A DNA stretch of 64,000 nt, taken from assembly GCA_947491825.1 (NCBI GenBank), contig CANLLM010000001.1, forward strand, positions 17,689 through 81,688, given 5' to 3'. The number at the start of each line of letters is the position of its first letter. The first letter of the stretch is position 1. The stretch is from Bacteroidota bacterium (GTDB lineage: Bacteria > Bacteroidota > Bacteroidia > UKL13-3). The notes below the pieces were generated by a model. It made no database searches and was not told where the DNA came from. It saw only the letters and a list, made by a program, of their open reading frames with translations. Positions 39,280 to 48,536 of the stretch are shown here, piece after piece. Both the position numbers and the translations under genes were made by a program.

Positions 39280-41208
39280 ATGAACGACAAAATGATACAA
39301 GACACCTTATTGGTAACTCCGGCATTATTGGTTCCGTTGTTGCCATTAATCGGTTTCCTAATTAACGGATTGTTTGGAAAGTTTCTTCCAAAATCGATTA
39401 CTGGTTGGATAGCAGCATTAGCTATTTTAGGCTCTTTTATTTGCACAATTACATTATTCAACGGGACTAATTCAACATCATCTCTAAATATAGATATTTT
39501 TGATTGGATTGCATTTAGCAACATCAATATCAGCTTCGGTTTTTTAATTGACCCGTTAACCATCACGATGCTTTTAGTGGTTACTGGTATAGGGTTTTTA
39601 ATTCACCTATACAGTATAGGCTACATGAAAGATGATGAAGGCTTTACTCGTTTCTTCACTTATCTTAACTTATTTATTTTTTTTATGTTGTTATTGGTAA
39701 TGGGTAACAACTATTTAGTTATGTTTATTGGTTGGGAAGGCGTTGGTTTATGCTCCTATTTACTAATTGGATTTTGGTTTAAAAATGAAGCATACAATAA
39801 TGCTGCTAAAAAAGCTTTTGTGATGAACCGTATAGGTGATTTGGGCTTTTTGTTGGGCATGTTTTTTATGTTGTTTTACTTCGGCAGTATAGACTATTCA
39901 ACCGTTGCTAATCAAGCGCAAACTTTAGCTCCAGATAGTGCATTATTAATTACAATCACCATGCTATTATTTGTGGGTGCAATGGGGAAATCGGCACAGT
40001 TACCTTTATTCACTTGGCTTCCTGATGCAATGGCTGGACCAACTCCGGTTTCTGCATTGATACATGCGGCAACGATGGTAACAGCAGGTATATACATGAT
40101 TGTACGAAGCAATATTTTATTCTCTTTAGCACCAACTACATTAACGTTTATATTAATAATAGGTGTGGCTACATCAGTATTTGCTGCAGTTATAGGTTTA
40201 TTACAAAATGACATTAAAAAAGTACTAGCTTACTCTACCGTTTCTCAATTAGGTTTGATGTTTGCGGCCTTGGGCTTAGGAGTATTTAGCAGTGGCATGT
40301 TCCATGTAGTTACACATGCATTTTTTAAAGCATTATTATTCTTAGGGGCTGGAAGTGTTATTCATGCATTGCATGGCGAACAAGATATTCGTAAAATGGG
40401 TGGGCTAGGCAAATACATTAAAGTAACCTATATCACTTTTTTATTGGCATCATTAGCTATTTCAGGCTTCCCCTTCCTATCAGGATTCTTCTCTAAAGAC
40501 GAAATATTAGCGCATGCGTTCGAACAAAATAAAACGGTTTGGGTAATCTTATCAATAAGTTCATTCATTACTGCTTTCTATATGTTCAGGTTGGTATTCT
40601 TAACTTTCTTCGGTAACTTTAGAGGTACTGAAGAGACCAAAAAACATATTCATGAATCACCACTAACCATGACCTTACCTCTTGTATTACTTTGTATATT
40701 GGCAGTAGTTGGTGGTTTGCTGGGATTGCCAGAAGTTTTTCATGTTCAACACGCATTCAGCAATTACTTATCATCAGTTACAGAAGGTTCAGCAAAATAT
40801 CTTGCTCATCACGAAAAAGTATCGCATGCAACAGAGATTGCTTTAATGAGTTTTGCAGGTATAGGAGCCATTGTTGTGATACTTTTTGCTTACCACAAGT
40901 ATGTTAAGAAAAATGTATTACCACTAGAAGACAATTCACTAACTGGCTTAGATAAAATAATCAGCAATAAGTTTTATGTAGATGAAATTTACGAAACCGT
41001 TGTTGTTAAACCAATTACCGTACTAAGCGATTTATTCTTAGTATTAGTTGATAAATTAATAATTGATTTGGCTGTGAATGCAACAGCCTGGATAGTTTCC
41101 ACATCAGGTAAAACCATGCGTTTAATGCAAACTGGTAACACTGGATTTTATGTGTTTGCTATGGTTATTGGCATGATGGTATTATTGATAATTCGCTTGT
41201 TTATATAA
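39280..41208 (+). CDS. nuoL: NADH-quinone oxidoreductase subunit L.
   Basis: 642 aa antiporter-like subunit with the long C-terminal horizontal helix region. Confidence 0.9.
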   Translation: MNDKMIQDTLLVTPALLVPLLPLIGFLINGLFGKFLPKSITGWIAALAILGSFICTITLFNGTNSTSSLNIDIFDWIAFSNINISFGFLIDPLTITMLLVVTGIGFLIHLYSIGYMKDDEGFTRFFTYLNLFIFFMLLLVMGNNYLVMFIGWEGVGLCSYLLIGFWFKNEAYNNAAKKAFVMNRIGDLGFLLGMFFMLFYFGSIDYSTVANQAQTLAPDSALLITITMLLFVGAMGKSAQLPLFTWLPDAMAGPTPVSALIHAATMVTAGIYMIVRSNILFSLAPTTLTFILIIGVATSVFAAVIGLLQNDIKKVLAYSTVSQLGLMFAALGLGVFSSGMFHVVTHAFFKALLFLGAGSVIHALHGEQDIRKMGGLGKYIKVTYITFLLASLAISGFPFLSGFFSKDEILAHAFEQNKTVWVILSISSFITAFYMFRLVFLTFFGNFRGTEETKKHIHESPLTMTLPLVLLCILAVVGGLLGLPEVFHVQHAFSNYLSSVTEGSAKYLAHHEKVSHATEIALMSFAGIGAIVVILFAYHKYVKKNVLPLEDNSLTGLDKIISNKFYVDEIYETVVVKPITVLSDLFLVLVDKLIIDLAVNATAWIVSTSGKTMRLMQTGNTGFYVFAMVIGMMVLLIIRLFI

Positions 41209-42657
41209 ATGATGACCTTACTAATTTTATTATTACCGCTGGTTGCAGCTATAGCCGTATTGCTTATTGGCAACAAAATGGCATCGCGTGTGGCTTTACT
41301 ATTTACTGTTGTCGAGTTTGGTTTAACAATTTACGCATACACCATCTTTAAACAAAAAGGTCCTGATGCATTCGTGTTTTTTCAAGATTGGATTAGCAGC
41401 CCAAAAATTAGTATCAATCTAGGAATGGACGGATTAAGTTTGGTTATGATTGGCTTAACCAACTTCCTACTTCCTTTAATTGTAGTAAGTGGATTTAACC
41501 GTGAATTTTCAAATGCAAAAACGTACTTCGCATTAATATTATTGATGCAATTTGCATTAATAGGTGTATTTATGGCTTATGATGGTTTATTATATTATAT
41601 CTTTTGGGAACTAGCATTATTACCAATCTACTTCATTGCCTTAGGTTGGGGTGGAAAAAACCGAGTACCAGTTACACTTAAGTTTTTCATATACACATTA
41701 GCAGGTAGTTTATTTATGTTGTTTGGATTTATCATGTTGTACTATTACAATCCAAACGCAAGCTTTAATATTACCGACTTATATAATAACCCTATTTGCA
41801 GTTGCAACCAAGGCTGGTTGTTTTGGATGTTCTTTTTAGCGTTTGCTATTAAAATTCCAATTGTTCCATTCCATACATGGCAAGCTGACACTTATAGCGA
41901 GTCTCCAACACAAGGTACAATGTTATTAAGTGGTATTATGCTAAAAATGGGAACATACAGTCTAATCCGTTGGTTGTTACCTATACTTCCTGCCGGTATT
42001 GCCGAATGGGGACCATTAGCTATTACACTATGTGTAATAGGTATTGTGTATGCGTCAATCATAGCAATTATGCAAAATGATATAAAGAGATTATTTGCTT
42101 ATTCATCGGTAGCACACGTTGGTTTAATAGCAGCAGGGATTTTCGCATTAAACATTGAAGGTTTGCAGGGTAGCGTATTACAAATGATTGCTCACGGTGT
42201 AAATGTAGTTGGTTTATTCTTTTGTGCCGATATCATCATAAATAGAACTCAAACGGCTAACATTAGCAACCTTGGAGGCATTCGCAATGTAGCCCCACGC
42301 TTTAATACATTATTTATGATTGTGGTAATTGCTAGTGTAGCATTACCATTAACAAATGGATTTATAGGTGAGTTTTTATTGGTTTATGGCATATTTAAAT
42401 ACAATACTTGGTTAGCTCTATTTGCAGGTTTAACCATTATTTTAGGAGCTGTATACATGTTACGTATGTTCCAAAATACCATGTTAGGAAACACCAACGA
42501 AAACACCCAGCACTTTGCTGACCTAAATTGGAGCGAAACTTTAGTTTTAGGTATCATCGCATTTACCATAGTTGTAATGGGTGTTTATCCTAAACCAATA
42601 TTTGAATTGGTTCAACCATCATTAGATATCATTTTAAACAAAGCCTTAGCTAAATAA
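41209..42657 (+). CDS. nuoM: NADH-quinone oxidoreductase subunit M.
   Basis: 482 aa antiporter-like subunit, abutting nuoL. Confidence 0.9.
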   Translation: MMTLLILLLPLVAAIAVLLIGNKMASRVALLFTVVEFGLTIYAYTIFKQKGPDAFVFFQDWISSPKISINLGMDGLSLVMIGLTNFLLPLIVVSGFNREFSNAKTYFALILLMQFALIGVFMAYDGLLYYIFWELALLPIYFIALGWGGKNRVPVTLKFFIYTLAGSLFMLFGFIMLYYYNPNASFNITDLYNNPICSCNQGWLFWMFFLAFAIKIPIVPFHTWQADTYSESPTQGTMLLSGIMLKMGTYSLIRWLLPILPAGIAEWGPLAITLCVIGIVYASIIAIMQNDIKRLFAYSSVAHVGLIAAGIFALNIEGLQGSVLQMIAHGVNVVGLFFCADIIINRTQTANISNLGGIRNVAPRFNTLFMIVVIASVALPLTNGFIGEFLLVYGIFKYNTWLALFAGLTIILGAVYMLRMFQNTMLGNTNENTQHFADLNWSETLVLGIIAFTIVVMGVYPKPIFELVQPSLDIILNKALAK

Positions 42658-42667
42658 TTTACGGAAC

Positions 42668-44059
42668 ATGACAACTTTAATTTATACAACTTGCTTAGGT
42701 TTATTTTGTATGCTAGCTGAGGTATTAAACCTTCGCAAATTATTAGTGCCTGCATTAATCATAGGTTTATCTATCATTTTTGTAGTCAACATGCAACAAT
42801 GGGGTATTACAACTCCTGCTTCTATCGGCTCGGTATCGGTAAGTCACATGATTAAGATGGACAATTTCGCCATAGCATTTAGTGGTTTAGCTATTATCAT
42901 TTCTTTACTAATATTTGTATTATCGGCTAATTACTACAAAGACGAACAAAACCAATTAAGCGATTACTTGTCAATTATGGTATTTGTTTTATGTGGCGCA
43001 CTTGTAATGTTTAGCTACAACAATATGGCCATGTTGTTTTTAGGTATAGAAATTCTATCTATTTCGTTATATATTATGGCTGGTAGCCGAAGATTTGATA
43101 CACGAAGCAATGAATCAGGTATAAAATACTTTCTGATGGGTGCTTTTACATCAGGTTTTTTGTTGTTTGGTATTGCTTTAATTTACGGGGCTAGTGGAAC
43201 TTTTGAATTAGAAGGTATAAGTAAATACATAACCGCGGGAGAAATTGCACCTATGTTTTATTTGGGTATATCCATGCTTATGTTCGCAATGTTATTTAAA
43301 GTTTCTGCTGTTCCTTTCCATTTTTGGAGTCCTGATGTGTATGAAGGGGCACCGGCATTAATCACTGCATTTATGAGCACATTGGTTAAAGTAGCTGCTT
43401 TTGCTGCTTTGTACCGTTTATTCAGCCATTGTCTGGGTGGCACAATGTACTACATAGAACCAATGCTAATAATAGTTACAGGAGCCACAATTATGGTAGG
43501 CAACGTTACTGCGTTAAGTCAAAAAAATGTAAAACGTATTTTAGCCTACTCAGGCATTGCACATGCTGGTTACATGTTGTTAGGTGTATTAAGCTCACAA
43601 ACAAATGCTGCATCTTCCGTGTTTTTTTACGCAACTACATACGCCTTTGCGACCATTGGTTTATTTGCAATAGCCATCATGACTTTTAAAAGTAACCACA
43701 ATGAAAATGTCGAAGCATTTAACGGATTAGCCAAAAAGAATCCGTTTGCAGCGGCTTTAGTAAGTATATTCATGCTTTCTTTGGCTGGTATACCCCCATT
43801 TGCCGGTTTTTTAGGCAAATACTACATATTTAGTGAAGCTATAAGAAATGGTTACGTAACACTAACATTGTTTGCTGTTATTAACTCAATAATAGCCGTT
43901 TACTACTACTTAAAAGTGATTATTGCAATGTATAGTCAAACAGCAAATGATAAAACATTGGTTATACACCCAACTTACATGGTTGTGGCCATTATCTGTG
44001 CTTTAGCAACAATAGGTTTAACAATAGTACCCGACATGTTAATGCAAATATTAAGATAA
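42668..44059 (+). CDS. nuoN: NADH-quinone oxidoreductase subunit N.
   Basis: 463 aa antiporter-like subunit, last gene of the operon. Confidence 0.9.
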   Translation: MTTLIYTTCLGLFCMLAEVLNLRKLLVPALIIGLSIIFVVNMQQWGITTPASIGSVSVSHMIKMDNFAIAFSGLAIIISLLIFVLSANYYKDEQNQLSDYLSIMVFVLCGALVMFSYNNMAMLFLGIEILSISLYIMAGSRRFDTRSNESGIKYFLMGAFTSGFLLFGIALIYGASGTFELEGISKYITAGEIAPMFYLGISMLMFAMLFKVSAVPFHFWSPDVYEGAPALITAFMSTLVKVAAFAALYRLFSHCLGGTMYYIEPMLIIVTGATIMVGNVTALSQKNVKRILAYSGIAHAGYMLLGVLSSQTNAASSVFFYATTYAFATIGLFAIAIMTFKSNHNENVEAFNGLAKKNPFAAALVSIFMLSLAGIPPFAGFLGKYYIFSEAIRNGYVTLTLFAVINSIIAVYYYLKVIIAMYSQTANDKTLVIHPTYMVVAIICALATIGLTIVPDMLMQILR

Positions 44060-44355
44060 TACACCTAATCAAATTTAAAAAGAGATATTAAGCCACTTTT
44101 TTATTTTAGTAAAACTGAAGTATCTCAAGCAATATTTTGTAACCAAGTTGTTGATTTTTTTTAGGTTTTGATCTGCTAAAAGAAGACTTTAAGGGTCTTT
44201 TTAAGTAATATTTTACTTTTGTGATGTATTATATTTACGTTAATTGACGTTAAGGCATTGAAAATAAAGCTCCCGCGATACTTTAATTTTTCCAACAATT
44301 ACTTTCATTTATCAATTAAATTAGTTTTTTTGCATCCTCTAAAAATTTGTACAAA

Positions 44356-45183
44356 ATGAACACAGTTCAAACACAAAAATCAGAAAGCAAATTCAGCGCA
44401 ATGTTCGCATCATTTGCAATCCCGGTACTAGTAGTAGTAGCCATTTTAATTTACATGTTTGTTTTAGGTAATCCGGCCAACTTCGAAGGCAACGATCCAA
44501 CCAAACATCCTGTTCCGGATGGCATTAACCACGTATTAGGCCTAATATACAAAGGCGGGTTTATCGTACCAATCCTTATTTCTCTGGTATTAATGAGTAT
44601 TACCTTCTCAATCGAGCGTTTTCTAACTATCGGTAAAGCAGCAGGTAAAGGTTCTGCTGAGTCATTTGTTCGTAAAGTTCAAGCTAACTTGGCAAGCGGA
44701 AATATTGATGCTGCCATAGCCGAGTGTGATGTTCAACAAGGCTCTGTTGCCAATGTTGTAAAATCAGCGTTGCACAAATACAAAGAAATGGAAGCCAATA
44801 CTGAGTTGGACAAAGATCAAAAAGTATTAGCTATTCAGAAAGAAATCGAAGAGTCGGTATCATTAGAATTACCAATGCTTGAGAAAAATTTGGTAATTAT
44901 TGCTACCATGGCTTCAGTATCTACTTTAATCGCTTTGTTAGGAACGGTAATCGGTATGATCAAGGCGTTCTCTGCTTTAGCAACTTCAGGTTCACCTGAT
45001 TCTACAGCGCTAGCAAATGGTATCTCTGAGGCACTAATCAATACCGCATTAGGTATCGGTAACTCAGCAGTTGCCACTATCATGTACAACGTATTTACCA
45101 CTAAAATTGATAAAATCACTTATACAATTGATGAAGCAGGTTTTAGCATTACACAAACTTTTGCTGCAGCGCATAAAAAATAA
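44356..45183 (+). CDS. exbB: MotA/TolQ/ExbB proton-channel family protein.
   Basis: Three TM helices with a conserved C-terminal MotA/TolQ/ExbB region. It is followed by two ExbD genes and tonB. The start is at the ATG at 44356, because the track start at 44347 is TTG. Confidence 0.85.
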   Translation: MNTVQTQKSESKFSAMFASFAIPVLVVVAILIYMFVLGNPANFEGNDPTKHPVPDGINHVLGLIYKGGFIVPILISLVLMSITFSIERFLTIGKAAGKGSAESFVRKVQANLASGNIDAAIAECDVQQGSVANVVKSALHKYKEMEANTELDKDQKVLAIQKEIEESVSLELPMLEKNLVIIATMASVSTLIALLGTVIGMIKAFSALATSGSPDSTALANGISEALINTALGIGNSAVATIMYNVFTTKIDKITYTIDEAGFSITQTFAAAHKK

Positions 45184-45257
45184 TAGATGGAGGTTTTTGG
45201 TTGAAATTTATTCAGCCACGTAATTTCAAAATCTTTCAATCTTTTAAATAAATTAAG

Positions 45258-45857
45258 ATGCCTAAAGTAAAAGTACCTCGCAAGAGCACAAGTGTGGACA
45301 TGACGGCAATGACTGACGTTGCCTTCTTGCTGCTTACTTTCTTTATGCTTGCAACAAAATTCAAACCCGATGAACCGGTTGTAGTTGATACACCATCATC
45401 TATCAGTGAGATTAAACTTCCTGAGTCAGGAATTATGCAAATCACCATTGATAAACAGGGACGGGTGTTTTTTGGTATTACAGAACAAACCACTCGTGAA
45501 GCGGTGTTGCAACGCATGGCAGAAAAATACAAGATGAAGTTTTCTGCCGAAGAAATAAAAGAATTCTCGCTACAATCAACAGTAGGATTGCCTTTATCGC
45601 AGCTAAGTAGCTATTTAAAAATAGATGCTGAAGCACGCAAAGCTATCCAAACTTCTGGTGTACCAACAGATTCGTTAAACAACGAACTTGGTGATTGGAT
45701 TTGGCAAGCTCGTTTGGTTAACAACGACATTCGCGTGGCAATAAAGGGTGACCGAGATGCCAATATGCCAACAGTAAAGCGAGTGATTGCTGTTTTGCAA
45801 GAGAAAAAAGTGAATCGATTTAATTTTATTACCAGCATGGAAAAAGCTGGAGAATAA
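45258..45857 (+). CDS. exbD: ExbD/TolR biopolymer transport protein.
   Basis: …DMTAMTDVAFLLLTFFMLAT… N-terminal TM signature. Confidence 0.85.
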   Translation: MPKVKVPRKSTSVDMTAMTDVAFLLLTFFMLATKFKPDEPVVVDTPSSISEIKLPESGIMQITIDKQGRVFFGITEQTTREAVLQRMAEKYKMKFSAEEIKEFSLQSTVGLPLSQLSSYLKIDAEARKAIQTSGVPTDSLNNELGDWIWQARLVNNDIRVAIKGDRDANMPTVKRVIAVLQEKKVNRFNFITSMEKAGE

Positions 45858-45880
45858 TAACATTTTAATAAACAAAACAC

Positions 45881-46513
45881 ATGGCAGAAATAGAAGCTGG
45901 TGGCGGTGGCAAACATAAAGGTGGCAAAAAAAGAGGCAAAAAAATGTCTACCAGGGTGGATTTCACTCCAATGGTTGATTTAGGCTTCTTGCTAATCACC
46001 TTTTTCATGTTAACCACTAGCATGAACAAGCCACAAACCATGGAAATAAATATGCCTGTTAAGGACGAAAAGGTTGAAGATGCTAGTAAAGTAAAAGCAT
46101 CCCAAGCAGTAACGGTTCTTTTGGCTAAAGATGATAAGATAGTTTACTATTTTATTGACCCAGTTACAGGTGAACCACAAACACCCCAAATCACTAATTT
46201 TAGTGCTGGAGGAATTCGTGCCACGCTGTTAAAAGAAAACAAACAGCGCAACCCTCGTCTAGATAGCATTCCCATATACAAGGATATGTTAAACAAAGGT
46301 TCCATTAATGAAGACCAATATAAAGGTTACTTAAGTGGAATTAGAGGTTATAAAGAAGCCTTAATAGTTGTTATTAAAGCCTCTGACAAGTCGCGTTACA
46401 ATAATTTGGTTGATATACTTGATGAGATGATGATCTGTAATATAGGTCGTTATGCTGTAGTAGATATTACAGCTCCAGAAGTAGAGATGCTAAAAACCGT
46501 TAACCTAGAATAA
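45881..46513 (+). CDS. exbD: Second ExbD/TolR paralogue with a Lys/Gly-rich N-terminus.
   Basis: …DFTPMVDLGFLLITFFMLTTS…. The basic leader GGGKHKGGKKRGKK is present. Confidence 0.8.
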   Translation: MAEIEAGGGGKHKGGKKRGKKMSTRVDFTPMVDLGFLLITFFMLTTSMNKPQTMEINMPVKDEKVEDASKVKASQAVTVLLAKDDKIVYYFIDPVTGEPQTPQITNFSAGGIRATLLKENKQRNPRLDSIPIYKDMLNKGSINEDQYKGYLSGIRGYKEALIVVIKASDKSRYNNLVDILDEMMICNIGRYAVVDITAPEVEMLKTVNLE

Positions 46514-46526
46514 CAAGGAAAACCAT

Positions 46527-47333
46527 ATGTCAAAACTTTCAAAAATTAATATTTTCGATAGCAATTGGGTTGAGCTTGTATTTAAAGGCCGTAACCTTGA
46601 GTATGGAGCATACGTGCTCCGTAAAAAAAGCAATGAAAATACCAATAAAGGTATTTTATACGCTATCGTATTTTTTACATTAGTGATTTCTGCGCCTGCA
46701 ATTGTAGATATTATTAAGGGTATTGTTCCCAAAGGAACCGAAGATGTGAAAGTAACCGAGGTTCAAACTTTAGAAGAACCGCCACCGGTAGACAAAAACA
46801 CTCCTCCACCACCGCCAGTAGAACCACCTCCACCTTTAAAGTCAACGGTTAAATTTACACCGCCTGAAATTAAACCTGATGAGCAAGTTCCTGATGAGCC
46901 ACCACCTGCACAGGATGAAATGAAAGACAAAGATGCTGGAACAGAAACCGTTGAAGGAGACCCTAATGGTATAGATGCTAGTTTAGCCGAAGGAGATGGT
47001 TTGACAGGAGACGCTGAGCCTGAATTCGTAACTTTTGCTGAGCAAGGAGCTGAATTCGCAAATGGCGAATTATTCGAATGGCTTGGTAAAAACATTCAAT
47101 ATCCAGACATGGCTAAACAAAATGGCATAGAAGGTAAAGTTATTATTCAATTCGTTGTTGAACGCGATGGTAAAATAACCAATGTAGAGGTTGTAAAAAA
47201 GGCTGGTTGGGGTTTTGATGAAGCAGCTGTTGAGGTTGTTAAGAAAATGCCACCTTGGAAACCGGCCAAGCAAAATGGTAAACCAGTTAGACTTCAAATG
47301 AATTTACCGGTTAGATTTACCTTATCAAATTAA
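46527..47333 (+). CDS. tonB: Energy transducer TonB (Pro-rich linker plus C-terminal TonB domain).
   Basis: N-terminal TM, a PPPVEPPPP linker, and C-terminal …GIEGKVIIQFVVERDGKITNVEVVKKAG…PWKPAKQNGKPV…. Confidence 0.85.
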   Translation: MSKLSKINIFDSNWVELVFKGRNLEYGAYVLRKKSNENTNKGILYAIVFFTLVISAPAIVDIIKGIVPKGTEDVKVTEVQTLEEPPPVDKNTPPPPPVEPPPPLKSTVKFTPPEIKPDEQVPDEPPPAQDEMKDKDAGTETVEGDPNGIDASLAEGDGLTGDAEPEFVTFAEQGAEFANGELFEWLGKNIQYPDMAKQNGIEGKVIIQFVVERDGKITNVEVVKKAGWGFDEAAVEVVKKMPPWKPAKQNGKPVRLQMNLPVRFTLSN

Positions 47334-47345
47334 AATAATTGCAGC

Positions 47346-47597
47346 GTGAATCTCAATAAAATAAGGGTTGATCGCGATATTAAAATAGCCAGGTTACTAA
47401 GATCATTCGGAGTAATCATGGCTATTTTTTATTTCGTAATGGGCCTAACTTTTGTAATTTTGCCATTGTTTGACAACATCCCCCCGTTAAATAGGTATGG
47501 CATTAGCATACTATTGATGGTTTATGGCTGTTATCGTTTATACAGGTTTTTTAAACCCTCAAAAAAAAATAACCATGAAGAGCAGGATGATGAATAA
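47346..47597 (+). CDS. Small predicted two-TM membrane protein (hypothetical).
   Basis: 83-aa ORF with a GTG start at 47346 and an alternative ATG at 47418. Two hydrophobic helices. Its coding status is uncertain. Confidence 0.3.
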   Translation: MNLNKIRVDRDIKIARLLRSFGVIMAIFYFVMGLTFVILPLFDNIPPLNRYGISILLMVYGCYRLYRFFKPSKKNNHEEQDDE

Positions 47598-48522
47598 ATA
47601 CGTATTGGTTTTTACGTTATCGTTAGTTATCGCCTCATGCAATAACACCACACCTCAAAAACAAAACGATACAAGCATAAGTGGAAACATCACAGTGAGT
47701 GTTGACGAAAGTTTAAAGCCGATTATAGAGGCACAAAAGGAAGTTTTTGAAGCACTTTATCCTGATGCCAAATTAACCATGGTTTATACCAACGAATTGG
47801 ATGCCATCAATATGTTATCAATGGATAGCGCTCGAATAGCGATTGTAACTCGTGAAATGCTACCAGAGGAAAAAGTAAACTTCGATAGAAGAAAAATTGT
47901 TCCTAGAAATTTACTCATTGGTTATGATGCCATCGGAATTATAGTAAACAAAAACCGTAAAGACACCATTTTTACCCTATCGCAAATTGCAAATATCCTG
48001 TCAGGTAATTACAAAACATGGAAGGATATCAACCCTAAAAACAAACCGGTTGCCTTACGTGTAGTATTTGATCATGCAAAAAGTGGAACTGTTAGACATT
48101 TAAAAGATTCATTATTAAATGGTGCCCCATTAGCCAAACATTGTTATGCGGTAAATAGTAATCCCGATGTAATTGCTCAAGTTGAAGATGATGTGAACAC
48201 AATTGGCATCATCGGAACAGCATGGATAAGTGATAGAGACGATACCACATCTATAAATTTTTTAAACAAAATTGTCGTTGCAAACTTAGTTCCTAAATCA
48301 CCCGAAACAGCCGAAGCATTAACAATGAAGCCTTTTCAAGCTTATGTAGCATTGAAACAATATCCTTTGTATAGGAAAATAAACATCATAAACCCCGAAG
48401 GACGTTATGGATTAGGCACGGGGTTTGCAAGCTTCATAAACAGTGATAAAGGACAGCGTATCATTTTAAAAAGTGGACTAGTGCCTGCAAACGTTCCGGT
48501 TAGAATTATTAAACTAAATTAA
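47575..48522 (+). CDS. PstS-like periplasmic substrate-binding lipoprotein (PBP type-2 fold) associated with the TonB cluster.
   Basis: Lipoprotein signal MKSRMMNKYVLVFTLSLVIASC. PBP-like alternating pattern. It has the conserved position between tonB and the TPR gene. The start was moved to the ATG at 47575. Confidence 0.55.
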   Translation: MKSRMMNKYVLVFTLSLVIASCNNTTPQKQNDTSISGNITVSVDESLKPIIEAQKEVFEALYPDAKLTMVYTNELDAINMLSMDSARIAIVTREMLPEEKVNFDRRKIVPRNLLIGYDAIGIIVNKNRKDTIFTLSQIANILSGNYKTWKDINPKNKPVALRVVFDHAKSGTVRHLKDSLLNGAPLAKHCYAVNSNPDVIAQVEDDVNTIGIIGTAWISDRDDTTSINFLNKIVVANLVPKSPETAEALTMKPFQAYVALKQYPLYRKINIINPEGRYGLGTGFASFINSDKGQRIILKSGLVPANVPVRIIKLN

Positions 48523-48536
48523 CGACTAGATAGATC

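Noticed and set aside
44060-44346. Candidate terminator for the nuo operon (AAGAC-tttaagg-GTCTT + TTTTT at 44183-44203).
   Set aside because: It has only a 5-bp stem, so it is too weak to call confidently. The operon end may rely on it or on an unrecognised structure. It is left unannotated.
46763-47095. 110-aa Gly/Ser-rich minus-strand ORF inside tonB.
   Set aside because: It is the antisense of the proline-rich TonB linker (CCN codons read as GGN). This is a frame artefact.
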